From NCBI RefSeq assembly GCF_000023205.1, contig NC_012803.1, positions 2,460,001-2,492,000 of the forward strand: 32,000 nucleotides of DNA, given 5' to 3'. Under the pieces are notes generated by a model. The model saw only the letters and a program-made list of their open reading frames with translations. It searched no databases and was not told the origin of the DNA. The translations under genes and the position numbers were made by a program. This DNA is from Micrococcus luteus NCTC 2665 (GTDB lineage: Bacteria > Actinomycetota > Actinomycetes > Actinomycetales > Micrococcaceae). Below are positions 1 through 6,961 of this stretch, piece by piece. How positions within the stretch are numbered: the first letter of the stretch is position 1; each line of letters begins with the position of its first letter.

Positions 1-96
1 GATGGCCAGGACGTCGTGCGGGTCGAGGCCGGCGGCGCCGAGGACCGCACCGAGGGAGAGGACGAAGGGCTCGGGGACGAGCTGGGGGGACTCCAT
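1..96 (-). CDS. N-terminal fragment of an unknown protein (runs off the left edge)
   Basis: ATG at 96..94 on the minus strand opens a frame reading MESPQLVPEPFVLSLGAVLGAAGLDPHDVLAI to the window edge. It is divergent from the 192..851 gene. It is too short to assign, and I translated it by hand because it is absent from the ORF track. Confidence 0.3.
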   Translation of the reverse strand, partial: MESPQLVPEPFVLSLGAVLGAAGLDPHDVLAI

Positions 97-191
97 GGAA
101 CCCCATTCTGCCGAGGACTCCTGATCGCCCTTCCATTGCGATGAGCCCTCAGCCACAATCACCGTGACGCCTTCCAGCGGAAGAGGAACCC

Positions 192-851
192 ATGACCGCT
201 CCCCAGCTGCACCTGCCCCGCACCGTCGCCTCAGACCAGACCGAGCTTGCCGTCGACCTGCTGAAGGTCTACTTCGAATCCAGGAAGTTCATCGGCAGCC
301 AATGGGACGGGTTCGACCCGAGCGGGACGCGCGCAGTGTCTGCGAACGTGTTCACCTCCGACGACGTCGCCTCCGCCGCCCTGCTGAACACGCCAGTGCC
401 AGGTCGTGCCGTCGCGCATCTGCTCATCAGCCAGAGGGAGCGTTTCTCGGAGCTGCTCAGGGCCGTCGGGCCTGACCGCGACTTCATCGACGTCGACCCG
501 GACCCGTCCGGCAAGGACATGGCACCGGTGTACGAGCTCTACGAGGCGCTGAAAACCCTGCCGAAGGTCGGGCCGACAATCGCCTCCAAGCTGGTCGCCC
601 GCAAGCGGCCGCGACTCTTCCCGATCGTCGACGCCGAGCTGCGCCAGACCGTCTTCTATGAGGTGCGGCAGGACACCCACAGGGGGCGTCAGCTGCTGCA
701 TGCGGAGTTCTCGGCCCAAGACAGGACCCTCTGGAAGCGACTCGCGTCCTACCATTCGGCGGCGTCACTGCCCACCGAGGTCTCGGTACTCCGGGTCTTC
801 GATGTCCTCGCCTGGATGGAGGCCAAGGCGTACTGGGGGCCAGTCCCATGA
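192..851 (+). CDS. conserved actinobacterial hypothetical protein, DUF6308-like, with an HhH-like motif
   Basis: 219-aa ORF with a GGAAGAGGAA Shine-Dalgarno sequence just upstream of the ATG. The blocks FTSDDVASAALLNTPVP, LPKVGPTIASKLVARKRPRLFPIVD and VSVLRVFDVLAWME match my memory of the DUF6308 family. The G-P-T-x-A-S-K-L motif looks like a helix-hairpin-helix DNA-binding element. The family call is from memory and is not HMM-verified. Confidence 0.65.
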   Translation: MTAPQLHLPRTVASDQTELAVDLLKVYFESRKFIGSQWDGFDPSGTRAVSANVFTSDDVASAALLNTPVPGRAVAHLLISQRERFSELLRAVGPDRDFIDVDPDPSGKDMAPVYELYEALKTLPKVGPTIASKLVARKRPRLFPIVDAELRQTVFYEVRQDTHRGRQLLHAEFSAQDRTLWKRLASYHSAASLPTEVSVLRVFDVLAWMEAKAYWGPVP

Positions 852-1285
852 TCAGCCCTCGGAGGAGACCAGCACCGCTAGCCTGGGGCGGGACTGCCCG
901 CCGCGCTGCCTATCCCGACCCCTCCAAATCCCCTCCACTATGCGCGCCAGCACCCCGGTCAGCAGTTCGACGTCGGCCGGCACGTCCTCGTCGCTGTTCA
1001 GCTCGCACTCTTCGTGAGGGATCCCGTCCACGGAGGGCACGAAGAGCATGGCGTAGGCACGACCTCCTTGCAGTTGGTGAAGCCATGGCCTGCCACGGCA
1101 AGCACGTCGACGCCGTTCAGGCCGAGGCCTTTGCCCACCCTGCGGACCAGGGAGGAACTCTCGGTGAAGTACGGGCTCTGCGCCTACAAGTGGGTCATCT
1201 GCAGGGCGATCGCCATACGCTCTATCTTCTTCACCAAGCTAAACCCAACAGCGGCGATCCGCGGCTTCTTAGTGATCTTCGGCAT
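852..1285 (-). pseudogene. C-terminal remnant of an M20-family amidohydrolase (allantoate amidohydrolase / N-carbamoyl-amino-acid hydrolase-like)
   Basis: Three minus-strand pieces lie in different frames: ...AIALQMTHL*, then AQSPYFTESSSLVRRVGKGLGLNGVDVLAVAGHG..., then AYAMLFVPSVDGIPHEECELNSDEDVPADVELLTGVLARIVE. The last block resembles the conserved AllC-type C-terminus (..MIFIPSxxGISHNPxE..D..G......L). The N-terminal two thirds are missing and at least two frameshifts are present. Confidence 0.4.
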
Positions 1286-1343
1286 GGGCTTCGCGGCCCG
1301 TCCGGTCGGCGCGTTCAGGTTAAGCATCCTCGACGACCTCTGA

Positions 1344-2358
1344 GGCCGACGCCCCACGTTGGTCCTCCCCGTGGTGCTGAGAGGCGCCGCGACCGGGGCC
1401 ATTGACCTGCTGCCGACCTGCGCATGCATCGGCTTGGCTGCGCCGATCATCCTGGCCGTCCTGCGCCTCCTACAGGGCCTGGCCGTGAGCGGCGGTTGAT
1501 GCGGGCCGCCGCCGTCGCGATCGAGCACGCACTACGCGCAGCGCGGCCGCTACGCCGCCATGATGCAGCTCGGCTTCCCCGCAAGGGACCCTGATCCCCT
1601 CCGGCGTCTTCGCGCTGGCGCTCATGCTCCCCACGGAGTTCGTAGACGCATGGGGCTGGCGCTTACTGTTCCTCTTCGCATGCCGATCCTGGCCATCGCC
1701 CTGTGCATTTGGGTGAAGATGTAGGGGTCGCCGGTCTGCGAGGAGCTCCAGAATCTCGGCGGCCGCCCAATCATGGCGATCATGGCCGCGCTTCTGGGCT
1801 CTGGCAGTTTCTACGCGACGAACACCTTAGCGTTCAGCTACGCCACCAACACGCTCGGTGTGTACCGCCTGGCCATGATCAACGCGACCCTGGTAGCCGC
1901 CGTCGTGCCAATTCTCGTGATCCTGCTCGTCGGCCGCGTGGATGCGTCCTGGGGCCCGGACCGAGTGACCATGGCTGGCGGCATCAACACGGCGCCAGCG
2001 GCGTGGCCACTATTCGCCCCTGATCGACATCGGCCAGGCATGGGCCATCACCTCGGCCGCGTCCACAGGCATCGGACTGCTGTCCATCACCTACGCGGTG
2101 ACGGGCAGCATTCTCACTGAGCGATTCCCGGCCGAGTACCGCAACTCCGACACCACTGTCGGCTACAACCCGGCCGGCGCAACCTCCGACTTCCTGCGCT
2201 CCAAAGCCTCCTGGCTGATCGTCACGCAACCCCGTGTAGACGTTCACCCCGGCCATCATCTCATCATCCTCGTGGTCAGCTCCCCGCTGTCCGCAATCGG
2301 CGCCTTAATCGGCGAGCGGCTGCGGGTGACGGACGAGGCGGCGGTGCGAGCGGGCTGA
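1344..2358 (+). pseudogene. decayed MFS transporter of the metabolite:H+ symporter (MHS) type, 5'-truncated with multiple frameshifts and an in-frame stop
   Basis: Hand translation gives the following successive pieces:
- GRRPHLVLPVVLRGAATGAIDLLPTCACIGLAAPIILAVLRLLQGLAVSGG*
- AAAVAIEHA
- YAQRGRYAAMMQLGFPA
- GTLIPSGVFALALMLPTEFVDAWGWRLLFLFA
- PILAIALCIWVKM*GSPVCEEL
- FYATNTLAFSYATNTLGV
- TGSILTERFPAEYRNSDTTVGYNPAG

These are spread over all three plus frames. The blocks match canonical MHS motifs (LRxxQGxxxGGEWGG, EHAP..RG.Y, WGWR.xFL, E.FP...R..G...GY). Confidence 0.6.
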
Positions 2359-2569
2359 GGTTGCCTGCCCCCACGGACGCCGATGACGCCGCACCCTTGG
2401 AGTGGTCCGGCGCCGCTGTGCGCGGGACGGGCTGGCCCAAAAGTCACCGGCTTCGTTGCCCTTATGTAACGCAATGAGGCGGTACAAACTATGTCCTGCT
2501 ACCTGGATGTCAAGCCGTTCACTGACACTGACTACCCGCATAGCGTCTGCTATTTGGGCGCACCACAGT

Positions 2570-2590
2570 CCCTAGGGCGTGTTGCTAAAG
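2570..2590. repeat. IS terminal inverted repeat (left in window coordinates)
   Basis: ccctagggcgtgttgctaaag is the exact reverse complement of 3498..3518. Confidence 0.85.
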
Positions 2591-3109
2591 TAGGGTAGTC
2601 AGCCAGTGCAGTGTCGCTGCGAGGCTGAGCCCGGCGTGATAGTTCCGGGCGTACTTGTCCGAACGCATCGCGATCCCTCGCCACTGTTTGAGCCGGTTGA
2701 AGCACCGCTCCACGACATTGCGTCCCCGGTAGCGCTGGCGCTGGTCTTCACCGAAGTCGATCGGTCTTCCTGGGCGGCGGCGCCGGTGCGCGATCTGATC
2801 GGCCCGCTCGGGGATCGTGGCCGCGATGCCATGCCGGCGCAGCCAAGCCCGGTTCGCCTTCGAGGGGTAGCCCTTGTCCGCAATCAGGCGGTCAGGCCGT
2901 ATCCGGGGCCGCCCACGGGCCCCGGCAACGCTGATCTGCTCCATCGTGGTGGCCAGCATCGAGGTGTCCGCGACCTGGCCGCCGGTCACCACGAACGCCA
3001 GCACCCTGCCCTTGCCATCACAGACCAGATGAGACTTCGTCGTCAGACCGCCGCGGGAGCGTCCGATGGCATGATCAGCCGGCTCGTCCCCGGATTTCTT
3101 GTAGTTCAT
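2585..3109 (-). CDS. IS5-family transposase orfB (DDE catalytic part), probably fused to orfA by ribosomal frameshifting
   Basis: EPADHAIGRSRGGLTTKSHLVCDGKG, LIADKGYPS and RNVVERCFNRLKQWRGIAMRSDKYARNY are hallmark DDE_Tnp_1 blocks. The ORF overlaps orfA by 35 nt (3075..3109) around CTACAAGAAATCC. orfB is in the +1 (equivalently -2) frame relative to orfA. Confidence 0.85.
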   Translation of the reverse strand: MNYKKSGDEPADHAIGRSRGGLTTKSHLVCDGKGRVLAFVVTGGQVADTSMLATTMEQISVAGARGRPRIRPDRLIADKGYPSKANRAWLRRHGIAATIPERADQIAHRRRRPGRPIDFGEDQRQRYRGRNVVERCFNRLKQWRGIAMRSDKYARNYHAGLSLAATLHWLTTLL

Positions 3110-3464
3110 CCAGGCCCCCTGTGGGGCGGGGCAGGGTCGCCCCGTGCTGGTGGACGCGCACGATCGTGGAATCGATCGAGGCCACCCAGTCCAGCTCGCC
3201 AGCCTGCTGTGCCATGGACTGGGTCTTCTCCAGCACCCGCTCCCACACGCCCTGGGCGGCCCACCGGTTGAAGTTCTTGTAGATCGTGTTCCAGTTCCCG
3301 AACCGCTCGGGCAGATCCCGCCACGGCGCCCCGGTGCGGAAGCGCCACGCGGTGGCCTCGACCACCGCGCGCCGATCCACGGGCGGACGCCCGGTGGTCT
3401 TGGCTTCGGGGAACAGTGGGCCGATCACGGCCCAGACCTCGTCCGAGATGACATCACGCGACAT
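3075..3464 (-). CDS. IS5-family transposase orfA (N-terminal DNA-binding part)
   Basis: MSRDVISDEVWAVIGPLFPEAKTTGRPPVDRRAVVEATAWRFRTGAPWRDLPERFGNWNTIYKNFNRWAAQGVWERVL is the typical IS5/IS427 N-terminal domain. I prefer the ATG at 3464 over the track start at 3509, which lies inside the IR. Confidence 0.85.
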   Translation of the reverse strand: MSRDVISDEVWAVIGPLFPEAKTTGRPPVDRRAVVEATAWRFRTGAPWRDLPERFGNWNTIYKNFNRWAAQGVWERVLEKTQSMAQQAGELDWVASIDSTIVRVHQHGATLPRPTGGLDELQEIRGRAG

Positions 3465-3497
3465 GACCCCAGACTCGCGCATCCACGTCCCCGAACC

Positions 3498-3518
3498 CTT
3501 TAGCAACACGCCCTAGGG
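3498..3518. repeat. IS terminal inverted repeat (right in window coordinates)
   Basis: ctttagcaacacgccctaggg is the exact reverse complement of 2570..2590. Confidence 0.85.
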
Positions 3519-3636
3519 CAACCTGAACAACATGCTCGCCGCGTTGACCATCACGAGGTAGCGCCCTCCGATGCCAAGTGTTTGCTTGAAGTTCCTCGCA
3601 ACGCAGCCCATCCGAGCCCTCACATAACACCCGAGC

Positions 3637-5301
3637 TCACAGGAGGGAACTCTCGTTAAGCAAAGCACGTACACGAATGGTGTTTTTAAAAACATTACCA
3701 GGGTACGAATTATCCGGAAAATTCTCCACAAGCGCGGCGACGATCCTCTCGCACTCGTCCTCGATCCACGAATCATAGTTCTCGATGGCAAACTCAGAGG
3801 AACTTAGATTAGTAGTTCCAATACCCCTCAAGATCAGGTGCGAAATTACACGCTTGCCATGAATTATAACTCCATTCTTCACCCCCTCCGTAAGAGGCTC
3901 TAGCTCACCGAGCTTATTCTCGACTACCTGATTCACCAGCACAGATGAAACAAGGAGTCGCGGATCAGTGGAAGGATTAAAAATCGTTCTATACCTGTCC
4001 GAGAAGAGTTGTGAAATCTCGCGTTTGACCAAGACACTCAGTTCCACATCCCGGTGCGCGCAGGCCAGAGCGATTGCCGCGCTGCGGACGTCAATTCTCT
4101 TATCGGAGGACTCCGTGAGAACATCCTCGCCCGACCGCAAAAGATACTCGAAACCCATTACCTTAATTTCGGACTTAAGGCGATGCTGTTCGGCGTCAAG
4201 GAATGCGAAATCTTGGGTAGAAACATCATTCTGGGTGTTGGCGTATCGAGTTACGAGCCTACCGAACTCGGCTTCTTCATCACTCACGACAATACAACGA
4301 ATCATTACCGAGGCTGCCTCGAGAAAATCAAGGCTACCCTCGCTCTTAGAAATCCGTCCGATCGTAGAGACGGTCTGGGCCCCGTTCACAATAGATACAC
4401 CCTTGGCAGTGAAGTACCCCGCTTCGCGGGTCGCAGACCCCGCGGGAGCAACCTGCATATCACGGACCACCATAGTAATTCCGTTGTTAAAGTAGGCAAA
4501 GTTTTCAGGCTCGGATGTGAGGGTCTTTCTAATGCCGTCGTTGATATCGGACCGTGGGATAACTAGGCGAATATTCTCTGCGAAAAGCTTGTGTTCATGG
4601 TCACGATACCACTGGGCAATCTGGGCAGCGTCTACACGCCCGTAAACCATCCGCCTGGGTTCATCGATCTTCCCCCAATTAAAAATCTGCATGTTGAGGT
4701 CAAGATCCATAGGCTCTCGCTCAACAATAGAGTCAAAGAGAGCACCTTGACCCAAGTGTACAAAACTCGCAATGGGCTCACTTGCTCCCCCTTCATTAAC
4801 TGATGACAAAAGTTCATTCATAGACTCTTGCTGTTCCGTGGGGAGCTCTTCCTGCGCAGTTGTTACAGCAATGAAGCGCATCCGGGTGCCTGGTTTCTTC
4901 AAAATATCCGATACTGCCATACGCATTTCAGGAGATGCACTCACGGGGACGTTATCCGTCCTGATGCCTAGCAGGGTTTCGACTCCGCGGCGAAACTTTA
5001 GCAGTCCGGCCAGGTCCATTGTGCCCGATCCGTCCTGACGCCACTTTGACTGAACCAGAACGACCAACTGGGACACAAAATCAATCCCAATCGCGTCGAT
5101 CCCGCGGTCCTCGCCACCGTCGATTACTTCGACAATACGCTGATTCCCACTGTCGCTTGACTCAGGAATCGTGAGATCTACGGCATAGCGGGCAAGCAAG
5201 CGGGAAAGGTTATTTACATCCGAAAGGTTTGCGTCCCAATAATCCGTCGAGTACAGCTCGCGGATACGAGTTGCGATTTGGTCCACGTGGAACTTGCTCA
5301 C
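3637..5301 (-). CDS. AIPR-family protein (abortive infection phage resistance-type) with an N-terminal nuclease-like motif
   Basis: 554-aa ORF with a GTG start at 5301 and a TAAGGAG Shine-Dalgarno sequence 6 nt upstream. The C-terminal half carries AIPR-like blocks (YFNNGITMVVRD, SIVNGAQTVSTIG, RYANTQNDVSTQDF). The N-terminus has GGEDRGIDAIGID...LVQSKW, which resembles a D...(E/Q)xK nuclease signature. Base composition is clearly AT-richer than all neighbours. Confidence 0.8.
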   Translation of the reverse strand: MSKFHVDQIATRIRELYSTDYWDANLSDVNNLSRLLARYAVDLTIPESSDSGNQRIVEVIDGGEDRGIDAIGIDFVSQLVVLVQSKWRQDGSGTMDLAGLLKFRRGVETLLGIRTDNVPVSASPEMRMAVSDILKKPGTRMRFIAVTTAQEELPTEQQESMNELLSSVNEGGASEPIASFVHLGQGALFDSIVEREPMDLDLNMQIFNWGKIDEPRRMVYGRVDAAQIAQWYRDHEHKLFAENIRLVIPRSDINDGIRKTLTSEPENFAYFNNGITMVVRDMQVAPAGSATREAGYFTAKGVSIVNGAQTVSTIGRISKSEGSLDFLEAASVMIRCIVVSDEEAEFGRLVTRYANTQNDVSTQDFAFLDAEQHRLKSEIKVMGFEYLLRSGEDVLTESSDKRIDVRSAAIALACAHRDVELSVLVKREISQLFSDRYRTIFNPSTDPRLLVSSVLVNQVVENKLGELEPLTEGVKNGVIIHGKRVISHLILRGIGTTNLSSSEFAIENYDSWIEDECERIVAALVENFPDNSYPGNVFKNTIRVRALLNESSLL

Positions 5302-5330
5302 CTAGGGCTCCTTAGCCATCCATCAGGGGC

Positions 5331-6719
5331 CTAGAACCCCCCAGAACCCCCGCCATCCTGTGCGAGGTTGCTGAAGCGACTGTAGTGCCCCTGGAACCCC
5401 ACCACAATGGTCTTCGTGGGGCCGTTCCTGTGCTTGGCCACGATCAGGTCCGCCTCGCCGGCGCGGGGGGACTCCTTGTCGTACACGTCCTCACGGTGGA
5501 GCAGGATCACCATGTCCGCGTCCTGCTCGATCGAGCCGGACTCGCGCAGGTCGGACACCTGCGGCCGCTTGTCCGTGCGCTGCTCACTGCCACGGTTCAA
5601 CTGGCTCAACGCGATGACCGGCACGTCGAGCTCCTTGGCCAGCAGCTTGAGAGCACGGGAGAACTCGGCGACCTCCTGCTGACGGGACTCGACCTTCTTG
5701 CCCGAGCTCATGAGCTGCAGGTAGTCCAGCACCACCATCTTGAGGTTGTTCTTCTGCTTGAGCCGCCGACACTTGGCGCGGATCTCCATCATGGTCATGT
5801 TCGGGGAGTCGTCGATGAAGAACGGCGCCTCGTTCAGTCGCCCCACGGTTGCCGCGATCTTGGACCACTGGTCGTCCCGGATGGTGCCCTTGCGCAGGTC
5901 CTGCAGCGCGATCGTCGCCTCGGCGCTCAAGAGCCTCATGGCGATCTCGTTCTTGCCCATCTCGAGGCTGAAGAACACGGTGGCCATGTTGTGGTGGATG
6001 GCCGCGGCTCGCGCGAAGTCCAGCGCGAGCGTGGACTTGCCGACGGCGGGGCGCGCCGCGATCACGATCATCTGCCCGCCGTGCAGGCCCTGCGTCAGCT
6101 CGTCGAAGTCGTAGAAGTCGGTGGGGACGCCCGTCAGGCCCTCCCCCTGGTTGCCGGCCGCCTCGATCTCGTCGACGGCGTGCTCCATGATCTCCGCGAG
6201 GCGCACGTAGTCCTCGGACTGGCGGTTCTCCGCCACCTTGTAGATCTCAGACTGCGCTTCGTTGACGATCTCCTCGACCTCGCCGTCGCCCTGATACCCC
6301 AGCTGGGTGATCTTGGTGCCGGCGGTGACGAGGCGCCGCAGGACGGCCTTCTCCGCCACGATCTCCGCGTAGAAGCTGGCGTTGGCGGCGGTGGGCACGG
6401 ACTGGATCAGCTCGTGCAGCACGGCGGGGCCGCCCACGCGGCTGAGCTCCTGGCGCTTGTTCAGCAGGTCCGCCACGGTGACGGCGTCCGCGGGCTCACC
6501 GCGGCCGTAGAGGTCGATGATCGCCTCGTAGATCATCTCGTGGCTCGGCCGGTAGAAGTCGTGGCCGCGCAGCAGCTCCACCACGTCCGCGATCGCGTCC
6601 TTGGAGAGCATCATGCCGCCCAGCACCGAGCGCTCCGCCTCCAGGTCCTGGGGCGGCAGGAAGCGTTCAGAGGAACGGCCGCCGTCGTAGGAGCCCGAGT
6701 CTCCGTAGTTCTCAGTCAA
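5331..6719 (-). CDS. dnaB: replicative DNA helicase DnaB (no intein)
   Basis: 462 aa. It has the N-terminal DnaB domain (PPQDLEAERSVLGGMMLSKDAIADVVE) and the Walker A motif IVIAARPAVGKST, plus VVLDYLQLM and RESGSIEQDADMVILLHRED. The start appears to be TTG at 6719, with GGGAG upstream. Confidence 0.97.
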   Translation of the reverse strand: MTENYGDSGSYDGGRSSERFLPPQDLEAERSVLGGMMLSKDAIADVVELLRGHDFYRPSHEMIYEAIIDLYGRGEPADAVTVADLLNKRQELSRVGGPAVLHELIQSVPTAANASFYAEIVAEKAVLRRLVTAGTKITQLGYQGDGEVEEIVNEAQSEIYKVAENRQSEDYVRLAEIMEHAVDEIEAAGNQGEGLTGVPTDFYDFDELTQGLHGGQMIVIAARPAVGKSTLALDFARAAAIHHNMATVFFSLEMGKNEIAMRLLSAEATIALQDLRKGTIRDDQWSKIAATVGRLNEAPFFIDDSPNMTMMEIRAKCRRLKQKNNLKMVVLDYLQLMSSGKKVESRQQEVAEFSRALKLLAKELDVPVIALSQLNRGSEQRTDKRPQVSDLRESGSIEQDADMVILLHREDVYDKESPRAGEADLIVAKHRNGPTKTIVVGFQGHYSRFSNLAQDGGGSGGF

Positions 6720-6961
6720 CGTCCGGAGACTCCCTTCCCACAGCCCGCACGACGGCGGCCCTCGCCGGTCTTCCCGGCCCTGATTCCTCTGTTGTCACCG
6801 CCCGTGCCGTCGCACCCTCCTGCAGGCGGACGGTGCGACGGTCCCCGGGGCGACGGTCCGAGCGGATGCGCGCCTGTCAGTGGTCACCTGCGGCCAATAC
6901 CCGCCCTCGCGTTGGGGATACCACGCGACACTACGCGCGCCGTGGAGGCTGGGCAACCGCG

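Larger units (their letters stand above)
2570..3518 (-). mobile_element. IS5-family insertion sequence (IS427-group-like), about 0.95 kb, with two overlapping transposase ORFs
   Basis: Perfect 21-bp terminal inverted repeats CCCTAGGGCGTGTTGCTAAAG lie at 2570..2590 and, as the reverse complement, at 3498..3518. Inside are orfA and orfB with hallmark IS5/IS427 transposase blocks. If the true ends are GGGCGTG..., the flanks read cc-TA|IS|TA-gggca. That corresponds to a TA duplication inside a CTAG target, as is usual for this group. Confidence 0.85.

Noticed and set aside
2491-3660. After conceptual excision of the IS (TA duplication), a plus-strand ORF of about 73 aa (MSCYLDVKPFTDTDYPHSVCYLGAPQSLGQPEQHARR...) is restored. 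It would converge on AIPR and might be a disrupted partner or antitoxin.
   Set aside because: It has no RBS, no recognisable fold or motif and an odd composition, and it depends on my assumed excision junction. This is too speculative to report as a gene.
3968-4566. 170-175-aa plus-strand ORFs antisense to the AIPR gene, which is unusual in AT-richer DNA.
   Set aside because: The translations are Ser/Arg/Thr-rich with no motifs and no RBS. The AIPR frame on the opposite strand is well supported.
2571-5308. The octamer CCTAGGGC occurs three times: at both IS ends (2571, 3512) and at the AIPR start codon (5301). This hints at a shared recombination site delimiting the island.
   Set aside because: Two of the three copies are simply the IS inverted repeats. 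One extra 8-mer match is within chance expectation for 32 kb on both strands. No longer flanking identity was seen.
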